Part shown: in pieces, positions 17,013-26,483 of the stretch
How the letters are laid out: the number at the start of each line of letters is the position of its first letter
Position numbering within the stretch: position 1 is the first letter of the stretch
Origin: a virus
Lineage: Duplodnaviria; Caudoviricetes
IMG/VR virus record: IMGVR_UViG_2890388907_000005
Location: 1-64,000 of that record
DNA length: 64,000 nt
Strand: one strand, 5' to 3'
Notes under the pieces: generated by a model
What the model was told of the DNA's origin: nothing
Seen by the model: only the letters and a program-made list of their open reading frames with translations
Database searches by the model: none
Translations under genes and position numbers: made by a program

Positions 17013-17025
17013 GGAGACGCTATGA
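16210..17025 (+). CDS. overlapping +1-frame polypeptide: putative TRD/motif IX subunit of the methyltransferase
   Basis: WPT/WQTP/WATP/WPTP repeats and RLNAWFVEWLMGWP; its stop overlaps the next ATG. Start uncertain (frame open from 15634; ATGs at 15724 and 16210). Confidence 0.7.
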   Translation: MSALASSSWPTALASDQDIHGTATASELARRSPGLSAIAGSWQTPRVSVGPYTRDHGNPEAERLTLQGQAIQWATPAAGLMNYDEPPETFAARGQALMQRGLPRQGINLGQQAQTWPTPAARDWKGENGADHLTNGTGRLHLDQLPNFVAHCFTPPVQRKWRSGVAPSIWRPISRQLFRWAMSSVSPTLRRRWLRLAAWRRRRLNAWFVEWLMGWPPGHALCACSATEFTRWQQDMRGALSRLPTASGPWIWEPPVERVAPVQMTLFEETL

Positions 17026-17591
17026 AGTCGATCGCCCCTTACCCGCTGGCATGGCCGGATCATGTCCCGCGCAGCGCCAAGCCCTCGGCGTCACTGTTCA
17101 AGACCGGCTTGCCGGCCGCCATCGCCAATGTCGAGAAGAGCCTTGCCGCCTTCGCCGCGGATAGCGGCCAGCGGCTCGCCGACATGGTCATCACCTCGAA
17201 CGCCGCCCTGGGCCGGCAGCGCCCCGCAGATCCCGGCATCGCGGTCTGGTTCACCTGGGATGGCGAGTTGCGCTGCATCGCCGTCGATCGCTACGCCAAG
17301 ATCGAGGACAACCTGCAGGCCGTGCATCATGTCATCGAGGCGCGCAGGACCGAGTTGCGGCACGCCGGCATCGAGATGGCCAGGGCCTCGTTCCGGGGCT
17401 TCGCCGCTGCGTTGCCGCCGCCCGCGGATGCCACGCCCGCGTGGTGGACGGTGCTGGGCGTGTCGGCCGGTGCCACCTCCGACGAGATTCAGGAGGCATG
17501 GCGGGCGAAGGTCCGCGTCACCCCCGAGGCGGATCGCGGGCCGCTCAACATCGCCCGCGATCAGGGCTTCGCCGCCCGAGGCAGCAAATGA
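17022..17591 (+). CDS. phage protein with C-terminal degenerate J-domain
   Basis: YPLAWP, DPGIAVWF, IAVDRY, WWTVLGV...EIQEAWR; the HPD motif is replaced by TPE. Confidence 0.8.
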   Translation: MKSIAPYPLAWPDHVPRSAKPSASLFKTGLPAAIANVEKSLAAFAADSGQRLADMVITSNAALGRQRPADPGIAVWFTWDGELRCIAVDRYAKIEDNLQAVHHVIEARRTELRHAGIEMARASFRGFAAALPPPADATPAWWTVLGVSAGATSDEIQEAWRAKVRVTPEADRGPLNIARDQGFAARGSK

Positions 17592-18562
17592 TGAAACTGC
17601 CCTACCACGCCAAGACGAACTGCGGATGGGATGCCGTGGTCACCTGCATCGACGCGCCGGGCAATTGTCCGATAGTTGGGGATATCATTAAGCCAGACGG
17701 TTCGCGCTGGCCGGTTTCCTGGGTGGCAGATGGCCGTTGGATTGACGACGACAAAGCCAGCCCCTTCGACCTGATCGACTTCCCGCCGGTTGACCCCGCG
17801 CCCGATCCCGCCGTCAACACGGATAGCGAAGACCGCATTATCGTCATCAACGGTCAGCAGTTCAGGGTGCCGTATGAGGTAGCCGAGCTGATCGACGGCC
17901 TCAAAGACGCCGCCCCGCAGGAGACAGCGTGGAAGCCGTATCGCTTTGTCCGCGAAGAACCGTGCGGCTGTTCGCATTTCGCCGAATCCGCGAACTGCAT
18001 CACAGGCGTTGTCACCTGCCTCTACTGTGGGAAGGTTGTGGCGCGGATAGTGGATAACATCGGCCCGCCCCCCCCCGCCGCTGCGCCCACGGACAACACG
18101 GCGCTGGTGGAGGCGCTTCTTGCCGACCATCGGACCACCTGTCGCATCGCCCGTCTTGACCCCGCGACCACCACGACGACCGCAAGCCGTGCTGCCGCCG
18201 CCCTCGCCAGCCGCCCCGCCGAGGCGACCAGCAGCGAACCGGTGGGGGCGGATATGCCGGAACGCATCTTCGCCTACCCTGACAAGGAATGGACCTTTCA
18301 CAGGGGGGTTGGGCGCGGGGTAGAATACATCCGGCCCGCCGAGCGGGACGCGCTGGTCGAGCGCCTGACCGCCGAGCGGGATGCGCTGGTAGTGGCGCTG
18401 CAACCGTTCGCCAAGTGCGCTGATGAGTTGGATATTGAAACGAAAGAGCTTGGCCGGGAGTGGGCGGATGACGAATGGGCGAAGTTCCGGCTCCTGGTAT
18501 CCGATTATCGGCGCGCCCGTGCCGCCCTCGCCAAGCTGGACGAGGAGGCGAACCATGGGTGA
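17588..18562 (+). CDS. hypothetical mosaic phage protein
   Basis: ATGA coupling; several unrelated-looking segments including a CxxC. Confidence 0.65.
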   Translation: MMKLPYHAKTNCGWDAVVTCIDAPGNCPIVGDIIKPDGSRWPVSWVADGRWIDDDKASPFDLIDFPPVDPAPDPAVNTDSEDRIIVINGQQFRVPYEVAELIDGLKDAAPQETAWKPYRFVREEPCGCSHFAESANCITGVVTCLYCGKVVARIVDNIGPPPPAAAPTDNTALVEALLADHRTTCRIARLDPATTTTTASRAAAALASRPAEATSSEPVGADMPERIFAYPDKEWTFHRGVGRGVEYIRPAERDALVERLTAERDALVVALQPFAKCADELDIETKELGREWADDEWAKFRLLVSDYRRARAALAKLDEEANHG

Positions 18563-18749
18563 CATGGGAGATTACTTCAACGACCTGAAAAACGACCGCA
18601 AGGAGCGCCGCGCGCGCCTTGGTGTCCCCTGTCCTCGATGTAAGGAGGTGAGGCCGAAAGCGCACCCCTCGATCCTGCTCCCCAACCAGCGCTGCAAGGT
18701 GGATGGATACCGCGACCCCCGCCACGACGACAGGCAGGAGGGCAAATGA
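18555..18749 (+). CDS. small Cys-containing protein
   Basis: GAGGAGG SD; CPRC...CKVDGYRDPR. Confidence 0.65.
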   Translation: MGDMGDYFNDLKNDRKERRARLGVPCPRCKEVRPKAHPSILLPNQRCKVDGYRDPRHDDRQEGK

Positions 18750-18794
18750 TGCTCGATGAATGCGTTCGGCGATCTCCAATGCAGGAGCGGCACG

Positions 18795-19901
18795 ATGGCT
18801 GAGAACAGCACGATCGAATGGACCGACGCGACGTGGAACCCCATCACCGGCTGCACGCTGGTGAGCGAGGGCTGCCGGCACTGCTATGCGGCAGAGCTGG
18901 CGACGACGCGCCTTCGGCACCACCCGAGCCGGGCCGGGCTGGCGCGGCGGAATGCGGCAGGCGAGGCGAAGTTCACCGGCGAGGTCCGGTTCAACGAGCA
19001 GTGGCTGGATCAGCCTCTGCGCTGGCGCCGGCCGCGGCGCGTTTTCGTCTGCGCGCACGGCGACCTCTTCCACGAGTCCGTGCCCGACGAATGGATCGAC
19101 CGGGTTTTCGCGGTCATGGCGCTTTGCCCGCAGCACACGTTTCAGGTGCTGACCAAGCGCCCGGAGAGGATGCGGGAGTATCTGTCATACTCCGCGCGAT
19201 GGGCAACCGTCCTGCCGACGGAGCTTCTGGCGAAAGGAACCGAGGCGGCGCATCGTGATCACTGGCCGCTCCCAAACGTCTGGCTCGGCACGTCGATCGA
19301 GGATCAGGCCACAGCAGACGCGCGTATCCCGCACCTGCTGGCCACCCCGGCAGCGGTGCGGTTCCTGAGCGCGGAGCCTCTGCTCGGGCCTGTCGATTTG
19401 CGGACCTGGATCGGGTCGCGGCCTTATGTTGGCGCCTCCACCTTTGGCGCCGCAGACGGCTTCCGGCGGTGCGATCTTTCGGGAAATACCGGCCTACTTG
19501 ACTGGGTCATCGTCGGCGGCGAGAGCGGCCGCCACGCGCGCCCGATGCATCCTGACTGGGCGCGGTCCCTGCGCGACCAGTGCGTCGCGGCGGGCGTCCC
19601 GTTCTTCTTCAAGCAGTGGGGCGAGTGGGGGCCGGGGTCTGTCATGACGTCGACCGGCGAACAGGTGTTTCGCACCTTCCCCGACTTCCAGACCTGGATC
19701 AACAAGGCGCCGACTTGGGTCAACGGCGGGGTCTGCCTTGATGCGGCTGGCCGTCACTGCACACGCGGGGCCGATTTCATGCGCGCGCGGGACGAAGGCA
19801 CGTTCCCCGTTACCGTCCTTCACCGCATCGGCAAGGCCCGGGCCGGCCGCCACCTCGACAGCCGCCCTTGGGATCAGATGCCGGGGGTGGTCGGATGCTG
19901 A
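18795..19901 (+). CDS. DUF5131 / phage Gp37-Gp68 family protein
   Basis: IEWTDATWNPITGCTLVSEGCRHCYA, GDLFH, FQVLTKRP, LSAEPLLG, VGGESG, FFFKQWG. Confidence 0.92.
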   Translation: MAENSTIEWTDATWNPITGCTLVSEGCRHCYAAELATTRLRHHPSRAGLARRNAAGEAKFTGEVRFNEQWLDQPLRWRRPRRVFVCAHGDLFHESVPDEWIDRVFAVMALCPQHTFQVLTKRPERMREYLSYSARWATVLPTELLAKGTEAAHRDHWPLPNVWLGTSIEDQATADARIPHLLATPAAVRFLSAEPLLGPVDLRTWIGSRPYVGASTFGAADGFRRCDLSGNTGLLDWVIVGGESGRHARPMHPDWARSLRDQCVAAGVPFFFKQWGEWGPGSVMTSTGEQVFRTFPDFQTWINKAPTWVNGGVCLDAAGRHCTRGADFMRARDEGTFPVTVLHRIGKARAGRHLDSRPWDQMPGVVGC

Positions 19902-20416
19902 TCGCCCCGCTGGTCCACGTTGAGGCAATTGACCGGCTGACCCTGAATAGGTTGTTGGTCGAGTGGAACCACAAGATGGGGCCGCTAGAGCGACCGAAGT
20001 TTGCCTTGGAGGCGAACTACGCGCTGTATCATAATGGCGTTTCGGTGGCCGTCATCGCGACCAGTGAGACGGTGCGAGAGGTGGTCGGTCAAACCGGGCT
20101 TAGGCGCGACGAGTGCATCGAGTTGGCCCGCCTCTGCGCCTGCCGTCCTCACATTTGCCGCGTCATGCTGCGGGTCTGGCGCGAATTCATCTTTCCGCCC
20201 CTCGCAGCGGTGCATCGTCGGCAGGTAGCCGTCAGTTACCAAGACGCTGATTTGCACAACGGCCAAACCTACCGATTTGACGGCTGGACGATGATCGGGC
20301 GCGGTGGCGGCGGTGGCCGCGATGCGCGATCCGGTCGGCTCGGGCGGGATCTGCGTATTTGGGCTTGGGCGATAGACGGCCGCACCTGGGATCAGATGCC
20401 GGGGACGCAGCCATGA
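19895..20416 (+). CDS. Mom/XF1762-like GNAT-fold putative DNA-modifying enzyme
   Basis: IELARLCA...VSYQDADLHNGQTYRFDGWTMIG pattern. Confidence 0.6.
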   Translation: MLIAPLVHVEAIDRLTLNRLLVEWNHKMGPLERPKFALEANYALYHNGVSVAVIATSETVREVVGQTGLRRDECIELARLCACRPHICRVMLRVWREFIFPPLAAVHRRQVAVSYQDADLHNGQTYRFDGWTMIGRGGGGGRDARSGRLGRDLRIWAWAIDGRTWDQMPGTQP

Positions 20417-20604
20417 CCATCCGCGAAATCGACGTTCTGAGGGAGGCCGCCGAGATCAAGCAGGTGCTGGCCCGGCTCGGCTGGCGCTACGTATACGGCG
20501 GGCCATACCCGGAAAACCCAACCCTGCACTTCGTTCAAGACAACCAGCGTCTCCACATCAGCCTGAGCGTAGAGGCGCCTTCTCAGCGGGAAAAAGATGC
20601 CTGA
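20413..20604 (+). CDS. hypothetical protein
   Basis: ATGA coupling. Confidence 0.55.
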   Translation: MTIREIDVLREAAEIKQVLARLGWRYVYGGPYPENPTLHFVQDNQRLHISLSVEAPSQREKDA

Positions 20605-20881
20605 CCGCATCCAACTCCGCCGCACCAAGGGCTGGCGCATGCCGCCCAACACCGTGAAGGTGGACCGCTCGACGCGATGGGGAAACCCCTATCAGGCCGG
20701 TGCCGATGGCGACGGCAGCCGGGACTATCTGGTCGGGCTCTACCGCGACTACCTCGCCCGCCCCGAGCAAGCCGCACTCGTCGATGCGATCCGGCGCGAG
20801 CTGCGCGGCAAGAACCTCGCCTGCTGGTGCCCCCACGGCCCCTGTCATGGCGACGTGCTGCTGGAGATCGCAAATGGCTGA
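20597..20881 (+). CDS. DUF4326 family protein
   Basis: VDRSTRWGNPY...LRGKNLACWC...CHGDVLLEIAN. Confidence 0.9.
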   Translation: MPDRIQLRRTKGWRMPPNTVKVDRSTRWGNPYQAGADGDGSRDYLVGLYRDYLARPEQAALVDAIRRELRGKNLACWCPHGPCHGDVLLEIANG

Positions 20882-21101
20882 CCGGCTGCGATGCTGCATC
20901 CCGTTCTGCCGGCGAACCCACCACAACCGCGAGGGGTTCGGCGAGTGGATCTGCCAGAAGCATTGGTCAGCGGTCCCCAAGGCCATGCGCCGGGCCTATG
21001 CCAGCGCCAAGCGGCGCCGGAAGCCAGGCGAAGCGATCAGCCGCATCTGGGCGCGCTGCCGGCGCGCCGCAGCCGATCAGGCGATGATGTGGCCGAGATG
21101 A
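20874..21101 (+). CDS. small Cys/His phage protein
   Basis: CCIPFCRRT...EWICQKHW. Confidence 0.7.
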   Translation: MADRLRCCIPFCRRTHHNREGFGEWICQKHWSAVPKAMRRAYASAKRRRKPGEAISRIWARCRRAAADQAMMWPR

Positions 21102-21119
21102 TGGCAGAGGGGAAAACCT

Positions 21120-21377
21120 GTGGCTGAACAGATCCCGGGAACCCTCTCCGTCGAACAGGCCGCCATCCTCGACCTGCTCGACCGGCTCACCGCGACGCAG
21201 CTGGAACTGGACCAGGTCAAGCTGCAGGCCAGCGCCATGGAGGCCCGGCTGACCCGCCTGGAACTGCAGGCCCGCGGAGATCGGCGGCGAGACTCCGCGC
21301 GGCGGGCATGTCAGCATGGTAAATCCGCGGCGGGCGCCAACTCTCGCTGCTCGACCGCGACCGAGGTGCAGAAGTGA
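21120..21377 (+). CDS. coiled-coil hypothetical protein
   Basis: GAGGGG SD, GTG start. Confidence 0.55.
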   Translation: MAEQIPGTLSVEQAAILDLLDRLTATQLELDQVKLQASAMEARLTRLELQARGDRRRDSARRACQHGKSAAGANSRCSTATEVQK

Positions 21378-22006
21378 CCGACGCCTTGACCACTACCTAC
21401 GCCGAGATTTGCCGGTCACAGCTGCGCCCCAGCAGCATCAAGCGGTTGCTCAGGCATGTCGGCAAAACCCCGGCGGAGATGCGTCTCGTTTCGACGCTGC
21501 CGCTCCTCGCCGTGCTGGACAGCAACGGCAGCCACGACGCCCTGCAGGTTCTGGATTGCACCGCGGGCCATGGCCACATTCGACGGCTGATCGCATCCGA
21601 TTTCGTCGAGCGGGCGCTTCCGCATTTTCTCGCCATGCGACCAGAGGACGGCCGCCCGGCCGCCGCGATCCGCGTGGCGCGCGATCGAGACGCCACCGAC
21701 GAAGATCGGGATCTCGCGCTGGCCGCCCTGGAAGAAGCCGAAGATGACATCATGCCCGTCCGTCTGGTCGCCTCGAAGGACAATGCCCCGGCCACCGCCG
21801 CGGTCTCTGTGGTCGATGCAGCCAGATCGGCCGTCATGGCCGACGCGCTGGATGCCTCCGCAGATGCGGCCTGGGCCATCTCCTGGACCGCGCCGGCCGA
21901 GGTGCGCCGTGTGAAATGGCAGGCCGAACGCACCGCGCAGGCCGGCCGCCTGCGCCAATACCTGATCCACGGCGAGGCAGCGCAGCACCTGCCTTGGGAG
22001 GCGTGA
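21374..22006 (+). CDS. hypothetical phage protein
   Basis: PLLAVLDSNG..DAL..L; D.RP.AAI.VAR; 210 aa. Confidence 0.7.
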   Translation: MTDALTTTYAEICRSQLRPSSIKRLLRHVGKTPAEMRLVSTLPLLAVLDSNGSHDALQVLDCTAGHGHIRRLIASDFVERALPHFLAMRPEDGRPAAAIRVARDRDATDEDRDLALAALEEAEDDIMPVRLVASKDNAPATAAVSVVDAARSAVMADALDASADAAWAISWTAPAEVRRVKWQAERTAQAGRLRQYLIHGEAAQHLPWEA

Positions 22007-22021
22007 CGGCGCCGCAGGGTC

Positions 22022-22051
22022 ACCGCCCACCCGCCGGAGCGGATGGGCGGT
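22022..22051. terminator. hairpin between convergent operons
   Basis: ACCGCCCAcCCGC-cgga-GCGGaTGGGCGGT; no U-tract. Confidence 0.4.
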
Positions 22052-22058
22052 CCTGACA

Positions 22059-25000
22059 TCAGACGTCCGTGAACGTGCCGCCTGCGGCGACGAAGGCGCC
22101 GCCCCGTCCCTTGTTCGCCAGCCCGTTGTTCCAGTCGCTGGCGGGGCCGGAGAAGAAGCACAGCGGCCTCTTGCCATTGCCGCCCTTGCCCCAGGCGCCG
22201 AGCAGCTGCGGGCTCGCGAAGACCGCGCGCTTCGCCGGATCGCTGAAGTCGATATAGCTGTCGTCGAAATAGATGTAGTCGGTCTCGCCCGGCAGTTGGC
22301 CGGAGTCGTTGGTCTGTCCCAGCACCCCGATGTTGTGGGTGGTCGAATATTTCAGCGGGGTGTTGTTGACATAGGCGCTGGTGCTGATCCGGCTGACGTC
22401 ATTGACGTAGAGATGCTTGGCCCCCGTCGCGCCGTCCCAAGCCGACAGGACCAGCATCTCGCCCTTGGCGGTGTTGAAGTCTCCGGCCCCGGCTTGGGTG
22501 ATCAGCATGGCGACGGCACCCGCAGCATCGGTCATCTGGATCTTGAGACCGTTCATGTTCGAGAATTCCATCTGGATGTGACGGGTGCCCGCGGTATTCG
22601 TCACGAACATCTCCCGGAAGGTGCCATCCCCGCCCGTCAGCTTGATCTTGCCGGCGAAGGCGCCGGCGACGCCATCTTCAGCACCCAGCATGCCGCCGAA
22701 GCGCTGGATCCGCGGGGTCGCGAAGACGCCCGAACCGGGCGCAGTCTCCACCCGCGCATGCGCGACCCGGGAGAAGGCCAGGGGCGCCGGCGGCTCGACC
22801 TCCTCCGGCACCGAGACCGCGGTGGTCGTGTGCGTCGCGGAGTCGGAGGCATTGGTCGCGGTGACCGCGCAGGCGATCGAGGCGCCCCCGTCCGTGGTGC
22901 GGTTGGTTACATAGGTCTTCGCGGTCGCCCCAGCGATGGGCGACCCGTTCCTCAGCCACTGATAGGTGTAGTTGGGCGCGGGATAGCCGGTGCAGTAGCC
23001 GACACCGGCCGACAGGGTCATCTCGCCGTCGATCATTTCGCCCGGATCGAGCGCGGCACCCGCAGGCGCCCAGACCGGGTAGTCCCAATCGGGATAGATC
23101 CGCTTGTGGACAGCGGGGTTCACGACGAAGACGGGGGCCGCAGCCGCTCCCGTGCCGGTGGGGGTGCGCTTGCCTCGGTCCTGGCCCGAGGTGATCGGCG
23201 TGTTGTAGGGGTGGCTCTCCGACCAGGCCCCTTCGCCGGCCGCATTGACCAGACGGATCGCGCACCAGTGCGGGGCACCGCGCAACAGCCCGCCCTTGGA
23301 GCCCGCGGCGGGCACGTCGATTTCTTCGACATGCTGGACCCCGTCGAGACTGTAGCGCACGTCCACGCGCGTGACGGGCAGCGTCGAATACTGGTAGGCG
23401 GACACATCCCAGCCGATGGCGCCATCTGCAGGCGTCGAGAAGAGATCGTCGTTGTAGCTGCCCGAGGTGCCGATCTGCATCAGCTGCATCGGGCGCCCGG
23501 TCCATTGCTCATGGCCGGTGATGTTCAGCACCGCCTCATACAGGTCGCGCCAGTCGTCGCCCAGCGGGTAGACGCTGCCGAGGTCGGGGATGAACACATC
23601 GGCCTGCGCGAGATAGGCGAGGCTTGCGGCGCGGTCGTTGGTGGTGTCGAAGGGGCCATCAAGGATCGCCTCGATCCCGTCGATCCCGCCCGGGCCGGCC
23701 TGCAGCAGCATCACCGGCATGTGTTCCCACGCCGTGATGTTCAGACCGATGGTGGTGTAGCGGGTGAGCGACGAACTGATGACGGTGGGGACCACAAACG
23801 GTTGATCCACATGCTCGGGCAGGAAGGTCTGCGCGGAGACGGTATCTCCGAACACGGCCTGGCCGACATTGGCCTCCTTCGCCCAGAACCCGGTATGGAC
23901 CATGTTCGTCGCGGTGGTGCGGGCGATTTCCAGCAGGTCCGCATCGCCCAAAAGAAACGCGGCGGCATAGAGCCACGGGCTGAGCCCGCCTGACTGGCCT
24001 GCACCCTCGCCCACCTTCGCGTCGTCGTTCCAGCCGCGTTCGCGCAACCCTTTCAGGTGGATGCCGAACCTGATGATCGTGTCGACGATCATCTGCCGTT
24101 CAGCCGGCGTCGTTGTGACATCATGGGCCAGCGCAATGAACTTGGCATGCCAGTGCGCGAGGCCCGCCGAGTAATTGTCGCTGCCGATCGACAACTCGGT
24201 GCGGAACCGCCGCCGCGCCTCGCCGCCGCGTCCCCAGACCGAGATATGCTCCGGGATTCGGCTGAAGACAGCGGCCTTCTGATCGGTGATGCTCGCGGGC
24301 AGCGCCACAGAGCGCAGCACCGACATATTGACGTCCGAGCGCCGGACCAGGGTCTTGTCGAGACCGGATGCGGACGGCGGATAGGCGTCGGCCGGGGGGA
24401 CCGCATCGAGGACATGGACGCGGATGTATTTGCCGATGGTCTGCCACTGGTTGGGGTCGGTGACGCCGGCGAGACGGATCGACTTGACGATGCTCTCGCC
24501 CACGGTCAGCGGATAGGGCACCCCCGTGTAGTCCGGGTCCGGATTGAGCGTCATGTCTGCAGGCGTGTGCGCCACCGACAGGCCAGGGCCAGTGTTGACG
24601 CCGAGATACCCGTCGAAGGCCTGTTTGCCGCCAATCGTGGCGATCGCCGGGTTGACCATCGCGCCATTGCCGATATGCCCGTCCCCGTTGAGATCGCCGG
24701 ACGGCGCGGTGCCGCCCGCGACCCACGAAACGGAGCCCTGCGGCACCACCCACCAATCATCGCCCCCGGTCACAAATTGCCCGACCAGCGCGGGCGCGCT
24801 CAACGGGAAGACGCCGTCGTCATCCACATAGTTGCGCAAGACGCTGGCGGCGGGACCGGTGCCCGCAGGAATGACTGGCCCCAGCAGGTTCGAGGTTGCC
24901 GTGACCGGCCCACCCGCATTGGTGGCGATAACGCGGGCGGTGATGTTGGCGCCGAGATCCGCGCCGGTCACCGTGTAGGTGAGCGCCTTGGCTCCGGGGA

Positions 25001-25979
25001 TCGCTGCACCATTGCGCAGCCACTGAACATCCAGGGTGGCGCCGCCGGAATAGGTGCCCTCGTCGAGATTGAGGGTGTCGCCGACGCGGGCGACACCGCT
25101 GATGGTCGGGGGGGAGACGACGGTGGGCGGCGAGGTGCCGATCGCGGCGGAGAGGGTCGCGGTCGCGGTGGCGACGCCATGGTCGTTGCTGGCTTCGAGG
25201 CGGACCGAGATCGTGGCGCCGTGATCGGCGCTGACCAGCGTGTAGGTCGACGCCTGGGCACCGGCGATCGCTGCACCATTGCGCAGCCACTGATAGCCGA
25301 CGCTGATGGGCGCGGCGCCAATCAGCGCCCCCGGCGTCGCGGTGAGGGTGGAGCCGACGATCGGCGTCCCCGTAACCGTCGAAGGCGTGGTGAAGACGGG
25401 GGTGACAGGGGTCGTGATGGTGATGGGAGAGGTCGTGGCAACGGCCGAGTCGATCGCGTTCGACGCGCGCACCCGCAGGCTGATCTGCTTGGCAACATCG
25501 GCCGCGACCAGAACAAGGCTTTCGCCAACCGCGCCCGGGATCTCGGTCGCATCCCGCAGCCACTGGAACGTGAACTCGAAGGGCGGGGTGCCGCCCCAGT
25601 TGCCCGGCACATGGGTGAGGGTGTCGCCGATGAAGGGTTCCGGCAGTTCGGAGGTGATCGAGGGGGCGACCCGGAGGACGGGGGCCGACTGAGGACCGAG
25701 CAGATCGCCCAGATCCACGGTTTCCATGTCGGGCACGGTGAGCGACAGCGGCGCGACTCGCCCGTTGATCTCGACGGACCCGGTGTAGGAGCCGGAGAAC
25801 AGGCTGAACTCGACGCGCCCCTCACCATCTGCGGTGACCAGAACGTCGGCGGGGGCGATGACGGTGGGTTCCGCGGGATCGCCGGCAACCCCCTGCGTCC
25901 ATTGGAGACGCAGTTTCGCATCGGGGACAGCGGCACCATCGGGGGTCCGGAAGATCCCCTTGATCTGGCAGATAGGCAT
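22059..25979 (-). CDS. large virion fibre/adhesin-like protein with Ig-like repeats
   Basis: Tail-fibre-like N-terminus, four QWLR(N/D)..I.GA repeats, beta-rich C-terminus; TGATG coupling to the spanin gene. Confidence 0.75.
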   Translation of the reverse strand: MPICQIKGIFRTPDGAAVPDAKLRLQWTQGVAGDPAEPTVIAPADVLVTADGEGRVEFSLFSGSYTGSVEINGRVAPLSLTVPDMETVDLGDLLGPQSAPVLRVAPSITSELPEPFIGDTLTHVPGNWGGTPPFEFTFQWLRDATEIPGAVGESLVLVAADVAKQISLRVRASNAIDSAVATTSPITITTPVTPVFTTPSTVTGTPIVGSTLTATPGALIGAAPISVGYQWLRNGAAIAGAQASTYTLVSADHGATISVRLEASNDHGVATATATLSAAIGTSPPTVVSPPTISGVARVGDTLNLDEGTYSGGATLDVQWLRNGAAIPGAKALTYTVTGADLGANITARVIATNAGGPVTATSNLLGPVIPAGTGPAASVLRNYVDDDGVFPLSAPALVGQFVTGGDDWWVVPQGSVSWVAGGTAPSGDLNGDGHIGNGAMVNPAIATIGGKQAFDGYLGVNTGPGLSVAHTPADMTLNPDPDYTGVPYPLTVGESIVKSIRLAGVTDPNQWQTIGKYIRVHVLDAVPPADAYPPSASGLDKTLVRRSDVNMSVLRSVALPASITDQKAAVFSRIPEHISVWGRGGEARRRFRTELSIGSDNYSAGLAHWHAKFIALAHDVTTTPAERQMIVDTIIRFGIHLKGLRERGWNDDAKVGEGAGQSGGLSPWLYAAAFLLGDADLLEIARTTATNMVHTGFWAKEANVGQAVFGDTVSAQTFLPEHVDQPFVVPTVISSSLTRYTTIGLNITAWEHMPVMLLQAGPGGIDGIEAILDGPFDTTNDRAASLAYLAQADVFIPDLGSVYPLGDDWRDLYEAVLNITGHEQWTGRPMQLMQIGTSGSYNDDLFSTPADGAIGWDVSAYQYSTLPVTRVDVRYSLDGVQHVEEIDVPAAGSKGGLLRGAPHWCAIRLVNAAGEGAWSESHPYNTPITSGQDRGKRTPTGTGAAAAPVFVVNPAVHKRIYPDWDYPVWAPAGAALDPGEMIDGEMTLSAGVGYCTGYPAPNYTYQWLRNGSPIAGATAKTYVTNRTTDGGASIACAVTATNASDSATHTTTAVSVPEEVEPPAPLAFSRVAHARVETAPGSGVFATPRIQRFGGMLGAEDGVAGAFAGKIKLTGGDGTFREMFVTNTAGTRHIQMEFSNMNGLKIQMTDAAGAVAMLITQAGAGDFNTAKGEMLVLSAWDGATGAKHLYVNDVSRISTSAYVNNTPLKYSTTHNIGVLGQTNDSGQLPGETDYIYFDDSYIDFSDPAKRAVFASPQLLGAWGKGGNGKRPLCFFSGPASDWNNGLANKGRGGAFVAAGGTFTDV

Positions 25980-26224
25980 CAGTGCATTCCTTCTGGGGAG
26001 GACCGGAGGATCTGGTCGATGGAAGCGATCTTGTCGTTGGCGCACAGCCTGCCGGCCTTTTCGGCCAGGGCGGCGCGCAGGAGGGCGCCCTGAGTGACCG
26101 GCGCGGGGCCGGTCCAGCCGCTGCAGGGCGTCAGCATGTCGGCGGGGACCGCAACAGGCCCGGCGGCCGGATCAGGGCCACAGGCGGCGGGCAGCAGGCA
26201 GCAGGCGAGGATCAAGCGGCGCAT
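25979..26224 (-). CDS. o-spanin (Rz1-like lipoprotein)
   Basis: Lipobox LPAAC, Pro-rich, overlaps the 3' end of the i-spanin gene. Confidence 0.75.
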   Translation of the reverse strand: MRRLILACCLLPAACGPDPAAGPVAVPADMLTPCSGWTGPAPVTQGALLRAALAEKAGRLCANDKIASIDQILRSSPEGMH

Positions 26225-26483
26225 CGGCCCCCTCCGTCTCTTGGATGTCCCGGTCGAAGGCCGCCGCATCGCTGACGATCCGCTCCAGCCGCTCGATATG
26301 GGCGCGGTGGACTTGGGCCGCGGCCTCGAACGCCTCGACACGCGCCTCCGTCTCCCGCAGGGCGACCGTCAGGGCGCCCGCCCGCCGCTGCTGCCAGAGC
26401 CCGAAGCCCAGCAGCAGAAGCATGCTGGTCAGAACGGCGCCGACCGCCAGCAAGCGCGCCTTGGCGAGCAGCGCCACGAACAT
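26172..26483 (-). CDS. i-spanin (Rz-like)
   Basis: N-terminal TM followed by coiled coil; follows the endolysin. Confidence 0.75.
   Translation of the reverse strand: MFVALLAKARLLAVGAVLTSMLLLLGFGLWQQRRAGALTVALRETEARVEAFEAAAQVHRAHIERLERIVSDAAAFDRDIQETEGADAPLDPRLLPAARRLWP

Noticed and set aside
18068-18076. C9 homopolymer as a phase-variation tract
   Set aside because: Encodes an in-frame poly-Pro linker in high-GC DNA; no frameshifted partner evident.
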